From the NCBI GenBank assembly GCA_019752815.1, contig JAIELQ010000015.1:1-53286 (forward strand): DNA of 53,286 bases. The letters are read 5' to 3'. The notes under the pieces are model-generated. The model was not told where the DNA came from and did not search any database. It saw only the letters and a list, made by a program, of their open reading frames with translations. Every line of letters starts with the position of its first letter. Positions within the stretch are counted from its first letter, which is position 1. Positions 10,780 to 21,633 of this stretch are shown here, one piece after another. Made by a program: the position numbers and the translations under genes. The stretch comes from Patescibacteria group bacterium (lineage in GTDB: Bacteria; Patescibacteriota; Minisyncoccia; Phycocordibacterales; UBA918).

Positions 10780-11365
10780 TAAATAAGTAACTCACGGCTT
10801 CGACACGTTGACCAGAAATTAAAGAGCCGGTGCGCCATGTCACTGTTGAGGTCACTTTTATTTCTCGGACAGTACCTGTAGCGGGCGTACGTTCCATTCT
10901 TACCACCCGGGTGTACGGCGTAATGGTATTACCGGAGACAGAGTGTTGATAGCTTGAACGGTCATTATCACTACTAGAAGTGAGATACAGGCGACAGTTA
11001 CTTACTGTCCCGCACGTCACCGGAGTGGCAAGTGTCGTACCATCTCCAATGTTAAGTCCACACCCATCAGCAGTAAAACAATCTGAGTAGTCTGATAAAA
11101 AATCACTCATTGGATTTGTACCACTACCCCCACCAAGCTTATCTTCAAAATCCTCCAACACTAAATCATCGCGCCCCTTTTGCGCTAGCTCAATACCCTC
11201 TTGGGCTAGAAACCAAGCGTTTATTTGTTCAGTGGCAAAGTTAGTACTACTAATGGACCGGGAAATAATTTGTAATGGTCCAACAATAACTAAAAGCAAG
11301 ATGGTAATTGCTACCAATACCTCAACTAAACTAAAACCTGACTGTTGTTTTGTATTTGGCATCAT
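10760..11365 (-). CDS. Minor type IV pilin (PilV-like)
   Basis: Class III signal GFSLVEVLVA. Confidence 0.85.
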
Positions 11366-11970
11366 ATATCTAATTCCCGTTGCGTTACAGTAGTTTGCAA
11401 GGTGGTGGTCGCTCCATTTTCGTCACGAGCTTCTAACACTATAGTCACTGTTGGTTGATTTATATCTGTCCCAGTTCCTAAACGATCTGAACCAGTGACA
11501 AAAAATTCGGCATTAGTTACCGTAATACCATCAGACACAATTGACTGCGGTGTTCCGTTACCAACCTTGCGCATAATTGTATTGGTCGCACTACTAGTGT
11601 CAAAATAATACGCAATCCGTCTATTACTCGCTCCTGAGGTTACACTGGTACCTGCTTCGATAAATGACAGTCCATCACTGCCTCCTGCACAGTCCCGCAC
11701 CGTCGAGGTCGATACTTGTGTAGGATCATCGAGCACTGACCGAGTATTACAATAGTAGTTTGTACCTGTTCTGATTTCACGCGTCATACTATCGAGCACA
11801 AAGGTCAAGGTCGTGATAACTGACTGTTCTCCTTGAACACTTTTACTCGCTCCAATAAGTGACAAGAACGCCCCGACCGCAATCGTCACCACAATGGTAA
11901 ACAGGGAGAGTGCCACGAGCATCTCAATCAGTGTAAAGCCGGTATTTTGTTGTTGTGGTCGATTAAGCAT
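11362..11970 (-). CDS. Minor type IV pilin (PilW/PulJ-like)
   Basis: GFTLIEMLVA prepilin motif. Confidence 0.85.
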   Translation of the reverse strand: MLNRPQQQNTGFTLIEMLVALSLFTIVVTIAVGAFLSLIGASKSVQGEQSVITTLTFVLDSMTREIRTGTNYYCNTRSVLDDPTQVSTSTVRDCAGGSDGLSFIEAGTSVTSGASNRRIAYYFDTSSATNTIMRKVGNGTPQSIVSDGITVTNAEFFVTGSDRLGTGTDINQPTVTIVLEARDENGATTTLQTTVTQRELDI

Positions 11971-11971
11971 A

Positions 11972-12616
11972 TTATTTTACCGAAATCTGACCGGTACTGG
12001 TTATTTCTACTAAACGAAATGGTACATTAGTATAACCACTGTCATCCTTGGGGGAAACTTTTAAGTACACTGGTCCTGAAAAATATCCACCAGAAGAATC
12101 CTTAAATAATGCATCAAAATTTGGTCGCACAAAGGTTACTGAGAGTGTGTCTTCGAGCGGATTGTCGTTACTATCGACAATTTCCCTAATCACAAACCGA
12201 TTATCGAGGGTGCCAATACCACCAGGGAGTGTGTGATCAGCGCTATCATACCGACCGAGGTTACTACCACTGTTACTGTCATCTCGAAACAGACGGTACT
12301 GACCGTTACCCGGTTCTGATCCGATATCAAAATAAATACCATACTGATTACTATTGCTGGCTGACTCTTTATTACCTGACACTGCCAGCAATTGAGCCTG
12401 CCGTAGTGAAAAGGCCACTTCGTAGGCTTGATTCCGCAACAGAAGCGCATTATTAAATGAACGGTTTTTAACTAAAATGACCGTTGAAACTAACGTCATG
12501 ATACTAATACTCACCATTAATTCCACCAGACCAAATCCCCGACTCTGTCGGAACGTGTACGATTTTTTAAAATGAATTTTAGATTTAAAGAGCATAACTA
12601 AACCACAAGAGCACAT
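11972..12616 (-). CDS. Minor type IV pilin (FimT/GspH-like); start may be downstream
   Basis: GFGLVELMVS prepilin motif; LRQAQLLA. Confidence 0.82.
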   Translation of the reverse strand: MCSCGLVMLFKSKIHFKKSYTFRQSRGFGLVELMVSISIMTLVSTVILVKNRSFNNALLLRNQAYEVAFSLRQAQLLAVSGNKESASNSNQYGIYFDIGSEPGNGQYRLFRDDSNSGSNLGRYDSADHTLPGGIGTLDNRFVIREIVDSNDNPLEDTLSVTFVRPNFDALFKDSSGGYFSGPVYLKVSPKDDSGYTNVPFRLVEITSTGQISVK

Positions 12617-13445
12617 CTACTCCACCCATAAATACCAAGAGGAAACCAATAATGAGAAATGGTGCAAAAGGAACTTCACTTTTAATTGTAAGGGTATGGT
12701 TGGCAGAGCGGAAGCCGAGTTGTCCCCTATTGCCATATTTTTGCCACAGTAAAATTATCACACTGATAAATGCGCCAATCCAGAACGAGAGCGCAATCAT
12801 CGAAAATACACCGCTTATCCCAATCATAAACGCCAAAGGAATAGCGAGTTTGGCATCACCAAACCCCAACCACTTGCCGTCTGAATACCACCACAACCCC
12901 GCAAAAAACAAAAACGCCAGGAGAGCGGCTGCTACATTCCAGATTACACCCAGATAATCCTCAGACACATACACCCCATACCCTACATATACTAATGCCA
13001 AGAGACTTAAAAATACTACGAACGCATTTGGGATTATAAAATGTGCCAAATCATACACAGAAATAACTACTAATGTCGCCATCAATACCAGAAGTAGCGG
13101 CCAGAGATAGACATCAGAAAAAACTTGTACAACCCACAAAAATAATATCCCCGTTGTTAACTCTACCCAAAAATAGCGACTCGGAATCAGGGCGCTACAC
13201 GATCGACAGCGTCCGAGTAAACCCAAGTATGAAAATAACGGAAACAATTCATAAAACCGCAACGGTGTTCGGCACGATAAACAGTGTGAGGAACCAGCGA
13301 GTGATTTACCGGTGTGAAAACGGTAGATATAGACATTAAGGAAACTACCGATAATGAGACCAAAAATAAATACCACCGTGGCAACAAAATAAGGCGGCAT
13401 GAGCACAATCGTTTCGATCATAGTGGTATTAAGTATATCATCCAA
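12585..13445 (-). CDS. pilD: Prepilin peptidase / N-methyltransferase (A24 family)
   Basis: GSFLNV.IYR, SHC..C...L..YEL.P.FSY..L.GRC..C, GFGD.KL, PFAPFL. Confidence 0.95.
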   Translation of the reverse strand: MDDILNTTMIETIVLMPPYFVATVVFIFGLIIGSFLNVYIYRFHTGKSLAGSSHCLSCRTPLRFYELFPLFSYLGLLGRCRSCSALIPSRYFWVELTTGILFLWVVQVFSDVYLWPLLLVLMATLVVISVYDLAHFIIPNAFVVFLSLLALVYVGYGVYVSEDYLGVIWNVAAALLAFLFFAGLWWYSDGKWLGFGDAKLAIPLAFMIGISGVFSMIALSFWIGAFISVIILLWQKYGNRGQLGFRSANHTLTIKSEVPFAPFLIIGFLLVFMGGVDVLLWFSYAL

Positions 13446-13544
13446 TATCTAGAAACATATTGTAAATCTCACTACTATTGTTTGCGTACACAACAAAAAA
13501 ACGCCGATAGGCGCTTTTTTGAATATTTATCTGAACTTTAAATA

Positions 13545-14012
13545 TTAACCACAAGTAACATCTGTAGTGGTTGTAAGTCCTCCAGCTTGTTGTCCACTGT
13601 AGCCTGTACTATCAGCACAGAAATATGCTCCTCCGTTAGCATTGTTCATAGGAGCAGCAATAGCCCACGCTGATTGACTATCATTACATGACGCAGCAGT
13701 AAGTGTAGTAATCGCACCGTCTGTAACAACTAAGTCTGAATCGGCACTCTGATCAGCAATTGCAGTACGAAGTTGTGCTGTACTGGTTGCACCTGTACCT
13801 GAACAAACAGTGTCGTATGAACTAGCACCAACGTAAATGATTTCAGCTTGAGCTTTCATACTGTTAATACTTCCTTTTGCAGAAGCGTCAGCTCCACTGG
13901 TACGTGCACTACCAAGTGACGCGAGTACTGTTGCAGCGAGAATACCGATGATGGCAATAACCACCAAGAGTTCGATGAGGGTAAACCCTCGTTCTAGAGT
14001 TCTTTTAAACAT
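13545..14012 (-). CDS. pilA: Major type IV pilin candidate (start moved to MFKRTL; longer ORF from 14063)
   Basis: [23 protein letters not shown]; C-terminal CADSTG typical of CPR pilins. Confidence 0.85.
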   Translation of the reverse strand: MFKRTLERGFTLIELLVVIAIIGILAATVLASLGSARTSGADASAKGSINSMKAQAEIIYVGASSYDTVCSGTGATSTAQLRTAIADQSADSDLVVTDGAITTLTAASCNDSQSAWAIAAPMNNANGGAYFCADSTGYSGQQAGGLTTTTDVTCG

Positions 14013-14226
14013 GAGTTTAGTTTTATTTTTATAATTATTGAAAGGTTTTTTTGATTCAGACATAAGCTTGCTGCCTCAATCACAGTTCAAAAGTCTACGT
14101 TGTACGTGACCTTCCTCTATTATACGAGGTATTTACTAGCGCATTTCCCCCCGTGTGGACAACTATGTACTGGTTGAATAAAAAATAACAATGTGGCAAT
14201 TTCTTTTCATAAAATGCTTTAGATAC

Positions 14227-14301
14227 AAGGCGGGCAAGGAAAAGTTTATGAGCCGTACTTTTCGTACGGTGAATAAACTTTTACCGCAGTCCGAACGCAG
14301 T
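14227..14301. repeat. REP-like palindromic element with GTAC core
   Basis: AAAAGTTTAT-GAG-CCGTAC-TTTTC-GTACGG-TGA-ATAAACTTTT hairpin; same skeleton at 27153-27218. Confidence 0.6.
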
Positions 14302-14326
14302 AGATGAAGTATTTTTGGAAAGAAAC

Positions 14327-15535
14327 CTAGAAATTGTTGGTGATAGAATAAATCGGCATCAGTACTGAAGCGAGTAGAGTCCCCACCCCAAGACCCAACA
14401 AAACAATCATCGTCGGTTCAATCAAGCCAATCAACGTATCTACGGCGTTGTTTACTTCACGTCGATAAAATACTGCGAGCGTTCCTACAATCTCACCGAG
14501 ACTTCCTGTTTCTTCACCCACTTTAATCATTTGAGCGAGTACTCCCGGAATTTCTGGGTATTGGGATATAGCATCGGCAAATGAACGTCCGGCTTTTACA
14601 TCAGACAGTGCCGCCTCAATAATTTCTTTGTATACCGTATTTCCTACCACATCAGCAGTCACCTCGAGCGCCTGCACAATTGAAATACCACTCGTGAGCA
14701 TAGTAGAGAGGTTGTCACAAAAGCGCATAAGAATGAGTTTGCGTTGTAAATTACCCATGTACGGTAATGAAATGAGAAATTCATCATAGGCACGACGACC
14801 GACGGGAGTTTTAATAAACTGCCATAAACCAATCAGTGCTCCTGACAACAAAACCAGAATTATTCCGATATAGTCAACCAAAAAACTCGACAGTCCAATA
14901 ACAATTACAGTGTAAATTGGGAGCTCACCACCAGCATCAATCAAAATTTGCGCCACTTTTGGAATAACCATTGTAAGCATCAACCCCATTACAATAAAGA
15001 AGATACTGATCACGAATGCCGGGTATACGAGAGCATTTTTTGCCTTGGAGGTAACCTCGTACGAACGGTCCAAATAATCAGCTAGATAGTTAAAAGATTT
15101 TTCAAGCGAACCTGACTCTTCTCCGGCTCGAACTAAGTTCACGTAAAACGATGAAAATACCGTCGGGTGTGAAGCGAGGGCCCGTGCGATTGAACTCCCT
15201 CCTTGCAGTTCCTCCACAATTTGGTTCAAAATATTTTGCAGGTAGGGATTTTCAATTTCAGCAGATAATAACCTAAAAATACGTAATGGTGACACGTGCG
15301 CTTGAAACAGAGTAGCGATTTGACGTGACAAGATAACAATCTCTTTGTTAGAAACTCCTTGAAAAAAATTTAACTCGATGTTAAAAAGACTCTTTTTTTC
15401 CTCAACCGGATCAATTGAAATTACCGTGTAGCCACGCTTTTGCACCGCGGCAATTGCCGCGTCAACGGTACTCGCATCAACGGTACCTTCACGTTGAGCA
15501 TTAACACTATCGATGGCGACGTAATTGAATAACAT
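14327..15535 (-). CDS. pilC: Type IV pilus platform protein (T2SS F family)
   Basis: Two T2SSF domains; AGEESGSL, VGEETGSL, IEP.MIV.LG. Confidence 0.95.
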   Translation of the reverse strand: MLFNYVAIDSVNAQREGTVDASTVDAAIAAVQKRGYTVISIDPVEEKKSLFNIELNFFQGVSNKEIVILSRQIATLFQAHVSPLRIFRLLSAEIENPYLQNILNQIVEELQGGSSIARALASHPTVFSSFYVNLVRAGEESGSLEKSFNYLADYLDRSYEVTSKAKNALVYPAFVISIFFIVMGLMLTMVIPKVAQILIDAGGELPIYTVIVIGLSSFLVDYIGIILVLLSGALIGLWQFIKTPVGRRAYDEFLISLPYMGNLQRKLILMRFCDNLSTMLTSGISIVQALEVTADVVGNTVYKEIIEAALSDVKAGRSFADAISQYPEIPGVLAQMIKVGEETGSLGEIVGTLAVFYRREVNNAVDTLIGLIEPTMIVLLGLGVGTLLASVLMPIYSITNNF

Positions 15536-15537
15536 AA

Positions 15538-16605
15538 TTAGATAAGGCGTTCGAGGCCTTTTGGATTAACCGCGTAGCGAAACGCGTTTTCGACAGTTAT
15601 ATCTCCTTGTTGCACCAGCTGTGCCAACGAACGGTTCATATCAATCATTCCCTGCTCAAGTCCGGTTTCAATTACTGAATAGATTTCATGAGTTCTTTTT
15701 TCACGAATCAAGTTACTGACCGCTGAGTTATTAACCAACAATTCATAGGCAGGAACTAGACCACCAGAAATACGCGGGATTAGTCGCTGAGAAAACACCC
15801 CCATCAAAGACGCTGATAGCTGGACCCGAATTTGGTCCTGCTGATTACCAGGAAACGAGTCGATAATACGGTTAATTGTCTGCGCAGCATCGTTGGTGTG
15901 AAGGGTCGAGTACACAACGTGTCCCGTTTCTGCAGCTGTTACTGCCATAGAAATGGTTGCTGGATTTCTCATTTCCCCCACCAAGATCACATCCACATCC
16001 TGTCGAAATACCGCGTTAAGGGCCGTTTCATAACTGGCGGTATCAATACCTACTTCTCGTTGATCAATCATTGCCTTTTGTGGCGTATAAATGTATTCAA
16101 TTGGGTCTTCAATCGTCACAATGTGATCAGCTCGTTTTTGATTAATACGATTAACCATAGCAGCGAGTGTCGTTGATTTACCTTGCCCAACTGGTCCCAC
16201 ACAGAGGAAAAATCCTTGTGGCTTTTCAGTGAAACTCTCAAGGATAGGCGGCAAATTTAGTTCTTCTAAAGTGAGAATGACATTAGGAATCAAACGCAGA
16301 GCAATCGCTAAACGGCCCTTCTGAAAAAAGGCGTTACCGCGAAAACGAACCCCCTCTTCATTTTCATAGGAAAAGTCTACTTCATCACGTTTTTTTAAAC
16401 GTTCATAGAACTCGGGTCGCATCATCGCCTGAGCAAAACTCGCTACATCAACGTCAGTCAAAATGGGCTTACGGACTAGTGGAATCAAAGATGAATTAAC
16501 ACGTAGTGTTGGATGATTATCGACTGCCAAGTGCAAATCAGATGCCCGTTCACTAATAACGGTCTGGATAAGTAAATGTAATTCTTTTTTGTAGTCTACG
16601 GCCAT
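15538..16605 (-). CDS. pilT: Twitching/retraction ATPase
   Basis: ASDLHL, GPVGQGKSTT, TIEDPIEY, QREVG.DT, AAETGH.V.STLHTN. Confidence 0.95.
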   Translation of the reverse strand: MAVDYKKELHLLIQTVISERASDLHLAVDNHPTLRVNSSLIPLVRKPILTDVDVASFAQAMMRPEFYERLKKRDEVDFSYENEEGVRFRGNAFFQKGRLAIALRLIPNVILTLEELNLPPILESFTEKPQGFFLCVGPVGQGKSTTLAAMVNRINQKRADHIVTIEDPIEYIYTPQKAMIDQREVGIDTASYETALNAVFRQDVDVILVGEMRNPATISMAVTAAETGHVVYSTLHTNDAAQTINRIIDSFPGNQQDQIRVQLSASLMGVFSQRLIPRISGGLVPAYELLVNNSAVSNLIREKRTHEIYSVIETGLEQGMIDMNRSLAQLVQQGDITVENAFRYAVNPKGLERLI

Positions 16606-16620
16606 AATAAATTGTGTGTC

Positions 16621-16998
16621 TTACTGTTTACTCATTATTTCTTCCACCTTTTTTACCACTTCACTTGGTACTGATTGGGCTTTGATAATGTATCCGATTG
16701 CACCCGCATCAGTAGCCTCTTCGATATCTTGATCTTGACCTTGATTTGATAACACGATTCGTTTCATTGAAAGTTCCGGCATTGAATTTTTTAGTTCAGT
16801 CAGTAACTCTACGCCCGTCATTCCCGGCATAATCATATCAACCAGCATCAAATCAAAATCTTGGACCGTTTCAAGGATCCGTAAGGCATCAGCGGCATGG
16901 ATAGCCGGGGTTACATCATGTCCACATTCCAAAAACTTTGTGGAATACATGTCCCGCAAAAATGTATCATCATCAACTAGTAGTATTTTCATTACCAT
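16621..16998 (-). CDS. Stand-alone CheY-like response regulator receiver
   Basis: ILLVDDD, D-MIMPGMTG phosphoacceptor, LSN, YIIK. Confidence 0.92.
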   Translation of the reverse strand: MVMKILLVDDDTFLRDMYSTKFLECGHDVTPAIHAADALRILETVQDFDLMLVDMIMPGMTGVELLTELKNSMPELSMKRIVLSNQGQDQDIEEATDAGAIGYIIKAQSVPSEVVKKVEEIMSKQ

Positions 16999-18808
16999 TT
17001 ATTATACCGCTAGTTTCAGATGGAAGTACGGTGTTATCGACAAGCATGTTCATATCATCGTCGACCGCTTCTTCGATGCCAATTTTCGTTCCAAACATAT
17101 TCATTTCTTCATATGGGATTTTGTGCTCTAGAGCTTTGATGATGGCATCTTCTTTCATGGTCATAAAGCCATGTTTACGAGCCTCATTGTACATTTCTTC
17201 TTCTGAGGCATTTTTTAGAATCATTTCTTGAATCTCTTCATTAACCTCAAGCACCTCCATAATAGCCATCCGACCCCGCATACCGGTTGCACAACCTGGG
17301 CTCGGCTCTGGGTGCACAATAGTAGCACCGGTAGGGATACGGTTTTTGTATTTTTCAGGCAGCGTCTTAAACGCGTCATCCATCATATACTTCATACTCT
17401 TGGGAACAATCTCTTCTCTTCCAGTGCCCTCTTTTACTTTACGGGCGAGTCGCTGCGCTATAGCCAGTTTGAGAGTCGGTGCAATCAGGTACGGATCGAC
17501 ACCCATATCAATTAACCGAGGAATTACACCGATAGCGTTATTCGTGTGAATGGTTGATAACACGAGGTGTCCGGTTAAGGCTGCCTGGATCGCCAGCTGC
17601 GCTGTTTCTTTATCACGGATTTCTCCCACCATAATAATATCTGGATCTTGACGTAGCGCAGCACGAAGTCCCGCTGCAAACGTGTAGCCAATTTCCGGCC
17701 GCATTTGTGACTGACTGACACCTGCAATATCGTATTCCACCGGATCTTCAAGTGACAGCACGTTTTTAGACGTCTTATCGAGAGCTGACAACATGGCGTA
17801 CAAGGTGGTTGATTTACCTGAACCAGTTGGACCAGAAATCAAAATAATACCGTAGGGCTCGGTAAGCATCCGTTTAATTGATTGCAAAAGATGCCCCGTC
17901 ACTCCTACATCTTCAAGCGTACGTACACCCTTTTCATTATCCAAAATACGCATTACTACTTTTTCACCATGGCTAGTTGGTAGAATAGAAACACGAAAGT
18001 CAATTTTTCGACCATCAAATGTAGCTGAGAAACGACCATCTTGAGGTTTACGACGCTCATCCAAACGCATCGAGGTTAAAATTTTAATGCGGGCCGCCAC
18101 CGCCATTTGCACCCCCTTAGGAAGCTCTAGACTTGTCGCCAACACACCGTCTACCCGAAATCGCACGACGACTTTTTTCTCACCTGGCTCTATATGAATA
18201 TCAGAGGCCTTACCATCAACGGCGTACCGCAAAATTGTTGCTACAATTTTTGTAACGGGGGCATCTTCTTTAATATGTTCAAAATTTGCCTCTTCCCCTT
18301 CTTCGCCCTCCGCACTATTTTTAGCAATTTCCGTATCGAGTTCTGTCTCCAGTGACACCAACGCATCGGTCACTTCACCTTTGAGGTTGGAGTAGAATTC
18401 CTGAGCCTTTACAATATCAGCCATCAACATAAACACCATCTTGTATGGGATATTATGTTTAGTACTGATAAAGTTTAGCGCTTCACGAATTTGCAGATCA
18501 TCTGGATCATTAACCCCCACGACCAACACATCATCAGTAATCTGCAGTGGCACAATGTGGTAGTGCAACGCAGAATCTTCAGGAATATATGACAGGACTT
18601 CAGCGGTAATTTCAAAACCTTCGGTAATTTCAAACGCTGGTACCTGAAAGTATTCAGCTGACGCAGTGCGAATTACAGCTGCCTCAATCCCACTTTGTAA
18701 AAGAGCTTCCTCAACTGGTTTGCCGTCCACAGAAACAAGCTCATTTATCTTTGCCAACACCTCATCGGTGATAAGGCCTCGTTCTTGTAAGAGCAGTAGT
18801 ACACTCAT
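16973..18808 (-). CDS. pilB: Type IV pilus assembly ATPase (GspE/PulE family)
   Basis: ASDIHIEP, ERRKPQDGRF, GPTGSGKSTTLY, LRQDPDIIMVGEIRD. Confidence 0.95.
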   Translation of the reverse strand: MSVLLLLQERGLITDEVLAKINELVSVDGKPVEEALLQSGIEAAVIRTASAEYFQVPAFEITEGFEITAEVLSYIPEDSALHYHIVPLQITDDVLVVGVNDPDDLQIREALNFISTKHNIPYKMVFMLMADIVKAQEFYSNLKGEVTDALVSLETELDTEIAKNSAEGEEGEEANFEHIKEDAPVTKIVATILRYAVDGKASDIHIEPGEKKVVVRFRVDGVLATSLELPKGVQMAVAARIKILTSMRLDERRKPQDGRFSATFDGRKIDFRVSILPTSHGEKVVMRILDNEKGVRTLEDVGVTGHLLQSIKRMLTEPYGIILISGPTGSGKSTTLYAMLSALDKTSKNVLSLEDPVEYDIAGVSQSQMRPEIGYTFAAGLRAALRQDPDIIMVGEIRDKETAQLAIQAALTGHLVLSTIHTNNAIGVIPRLIDMGVDPYLIAPTLKLAIAQRLARKVKEGTGREEIVPKSMKYMMDDAFKTLPEKYKNRIPTGATIVHPEPSPGCATGMRGRMAIMEVLEVNEEIQEMILKNASEEEMYNEARKHGFMTMKEDAIIKALEHKIPYEEMNMFGTKIGIEEAVDDDMNMLVDNTVLPSETSGIINGNENTTS

Positions 18809-18815
18809 ACTAAAA

Positions 18816-19145
18816 TTATTCTTGTGGATCTTGAGGGACAGTTTCTCCTATTGCTGATTGTTCACCAAAAAGATCATTGCGACCAAGGGCCTGATTTGGT
18901 ACGGGAGTACTAAACGAACGAAGGCTCGTAAAGGTAGCATCCATAAAGAAAGCTTGATCTATCGTAATCTGTTGCAGCTTGTTGCTACGTTCAATAAATG
19001 ACTGTGTTTTTTGAATAAGTTCCGCTCGTATCGCTGAGTTAGCACTCATGTCCGCTGAACTACCATCTGAACGAGTCATATAATACGCAAAACCTGCACA
19101 CGCGATACAGATAATTATAACGAGAATATTTTTAAGTGAAGACAT
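18816..19145 (-). CDS. Small membrane-anchored T4P accessory protein (PilP position)
   Basis: N-terminal TM, GRNDLF motif, located between pilO-like and pilB. Confidence 0.65.
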   Translation of the reverse strand: MSSLKNILVIIICIACAGFAYYMTRSDGSSADMSANSAIRAELIQKTQSFIERSNKLQQITIDQAFFMDATFTSLRSFSTPVPNQALGRNDLFGEQSAIGETVPQDPQE

Positions 19146-19146
19146 A

Positions 19147-19725
19147 TTATGATTGTGTTATCTCTTCTGCGGCCGCAGACAGCGTAAAGGCGGTAAGACT
19201 GATATCGACTTTAACCAAACCTTCGGCAGTATCAGTAATTTTTATATTAGATACCTGGAGCAAATAATCATTTGCTGCCAATTGAGCAAGGACTGATTTT
19301 ACTTGCTGGTAGTCAGCTTCAAAACCAGCTGAAAAATAATGCTCGGTGACTGACCCGTACTCGCTTGGTGAATCCTCGTCAACTTCCTGATCAGAATTAC
19401 TACCTTGATAAGCAATATCATACTCAGTGATTGATTGAGCTTCGATAATTGTCCCCATATCTTTTAGGATCGATATTTCATCTATCTTGCTCGGCATAAA
19501 GCGAGCTAGTGCTTGGATATCTTGTGGTGCAACGGCATCTATTGCAGAAATTTTCGCCCTCAGACTTTCATTAACTTGGGAAACATTTTGTGTTTCTATT
19601 TCATAACTAGTAATTAAGTCCTGAGTATCCCGAATAGACGATATCTTTGGCTGAATGTACATCACAACAATTGCTACAGCAATAGCAATCATTCCTATCT
19701 GGGTTACAAGAGAAAATTTACTCAT
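19147..19725 (-). CDS. pilO: PilO-like alignment protein
   Basis: N-terminal TM, coiled coil, ferredoxin-like C-terminus; follows pilM and pilN-like. Confidence 0.7.
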   Translation of the reverse strand: MSKFSLVTQIGMIAIAVAIVVMYIQPKISSIRDTQDLITSYEIETQNVSQVNESLRAKISAIDAVAPQDIQALARFMPSKIDEISILKDMGTIIEAQSITEYDIAYQGSNSDQEVDEDSPSEYGSVTEHYFSAGFEADYQQVKSVLAQLAANDYLLQVSNIKITDTAEGLVKVDISLTAFTLSAAAEEITQS

Positions 19726-20447
19726 ATATTAGTATTAGATACGGCACCTTCAGTTTCTGTAGTGTCCGATGATGAAGTCTCAGCAGTGTCAACAGTATCA
19801 TTCATTACTGGCGACACTTCGGTTACTTGCTGACTAACCGGTGAATATACAATGTCTGCTGCAGCCACCTGGAACCCAACTTTAAATTCAACCACTCTCG
19901 TATCAGCACTAGAGACAGTTTCTCCCGCTAAAATAGGCATAGTAAGTTTTACGTCAGAAAAAACTGGACTATTTATGATTTCATCAGCATCGAAGGCAGC
20001 ACGCTGGAACAATGCTCCATCAAATTTTTCTGTCGACATCTGCCCTGATACTGAAATAGTAGATTTATCAACCCGAGTAATATCCATACTCTTAAATACT
20101 ACCGTTTGAGCTGTTGCAGATTCAATTCTTCTGAGTAAGTCTTCAATTGATACGTGAGAGGACAGCAGATTTTTTGTGATCGTGAGCCGATCGTTAAATT
20201 CAGTTACTCGCTTAAGGTCTTCTTCTTTGAAACTTTCAATGGCTTGATCTAAATTTATCACTGCTTTGTTAAATTGGTTTTGTGTGTGTCGTTCATAAAT
20301 AAAGACTGCAGCAGACGCCAGCGGAGCAGACACAAAAAGTGCGTAGCTGATTATCGAAATAAGTACGAAGTTATTTTTTCGAACTACAGTAGGTTTTTTA
20401 CCTATTCCCCGCTTTGGGATAAAAGAACTTGATGGTGACTCGGGCAT
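19722..20447 (-). CDS. pilN: PilN-like alignment protein
   Basis: SSFIPK N-terminus, TM and coiled coil; directly after pilM. Confidence 0.65.
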   Translation of the reverse strand: MPESPSSSFIPKRGIGKKPTVVRKNNFVLISIISYALFVSAPLASAAVFIYERHTQNQFNKAVINLDQAIESFKEEDLKRVTEFNDRLTITKNLLSSHVSIEDLLRRIESATAQTVVFKSMDITRVDKSTISVSGQMSTEKFDGALFQRAAFDADEIINSPVFSDVKLTMPILAGETVSSADTRVVEFKVGFQVAAADIVYSPVSQQVTEVSPVMNDTVDTAETSSSDTTETEGAVSNTNI

Positions 20448-20499
20448 GAGAATATTATATGTCAGTTTTAACGATATTTATTTTATTACTGTGGACAGG

Positions 20500-21591
20500 T
20501 TATTCAAACGATCGTAACGCTGCACCCAGAGCCACTGCAAATGTTGATCCAATTCTATTCATTGTATCTTCCATAAACGCTGGATACGCCACTCGATTAA
20601 ATGGCAAGGCCATCGTGACCGGGCGAGATAATACCGTACTCACAAAATTAGCAAAGCCTGGGAACGCCGATGCCCCACCGACCAAATATATCGCTCCTAC
20701 TTGAACTCCAATTTTTCGCTCATATTCCTCTATTACTTGTTTAAACTCCTTGATTGCTCTATCGTACGCAACTTGATGTATTTTTTGGAATTGTGGAAAT
20801 TGTTCATCAGTACTGACTATTGTGCGCTTGCGCAATTCGGCTTCTTCAAACGTACACCCAAGTTCTGTAGCCATTTTTTCAGTAAAAATTGCACCTCCTG
20901 CTCGTACGCGATACATTCGTTGCAGTAAGCCATTACGAACTATATATAACTTGGTTGACGTAGCACCAACATCAATAATGGCACAGTCAGATTCCTCTTG
21001 CTCATATAAACCTCGAATGGCACTAAAGCATTCAATTTCGATAGGAGTGTTTGGCAGCTCAACGGTACCCATCAGACCATTAAAACGAGCAAGGGCGTCA
21101 TTTTGAATGGCCGCAAGAAGAACATCTCGGGTAGTAACTTCAGCCTCACTATTACTATCAACCTCTGCCCAATCAAGCGTCACTTCGCCAATTGGAATCG
21201 GAATATACTTACGTGCCTCCACCCGCACCCGACTCGAAATATCTTCAGTGGCTGTCGCTTGCATGGACATAATAGTCACAAAACTTGAGGAGAGCGGCAT
21301 TGCAAACACTGCTTGTTTGGCATGAACAGCGGATTCACGCAATATATCAACCAGTGCCTGACGTTCAATGTTAGCAGGCAAAACGACAGACTGTCCGACG
21401 GGACTTTCGTCAGCGTATGGACCAAGCTCAAGTTCACCGTACGTTGTCAGGGTAAGTACATCATTACGATTTTGTAGCTCAACAACTTTTATTGAAGATG
21501 AGCCAATATCGATACCAACTACTTTGCCACTATGAGCATTTTGCTGACTAACGTTTTTACTCACTGATTTAAACATTTTGAACAGAGCCAT
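20500..21591 (-). CDS. pilM: Type IV pilus assembly protein PilM (actin-like)
   Basis: VGIDIGSSSIKVVEL, EARKYIP, IDVGA..T, LVGG.S. Confidence 0.95.
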   Translation of the reverse strand: MALFKMFKSVSKNVSQQNAHSGKVVGIDIGSSSIKVVELQNRNDVLTLTTYGELELGPYADESPVGQSVVLPANIERQALVDILRESAVHAKQAVFAMPLSSSFVTIMSMQATATEDISSRVRVEARKYIPIPIGEVTLDWAEVDSNSEAEVTTRDVLLAAIQNDALARFNGLMGTVELPNTPIEIECFSAIRGLYEQEESDCAIIDVGATSTKLYIVRNGLLQRMYRVRAGGAIFTEKMATELGCTFEEAELRKRTIVSTDEQFPQFQKIHQVAYDRAIKEFKQVIEEYERKIGVQVGAIYLVGGASAFPGFANFVSTVLSRPVTMALPFNRVAYPAFMEDTMNRIGSTFAVALGAALRSFE

Positions 21592-21633
21592 GATTACAAA
21601 ATCATATCACATCCTTATCGTATACTAATAGAG

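Noticed and set aside
19722-19725. Alternative genetic code 25 (UGA=Gly) as in Gracilibacteria
   Set aside because: ATGA stop/start overlaps (19722-19725, 11362-11365, 47243-47246) and intact ORFs show that TGA is a stop.
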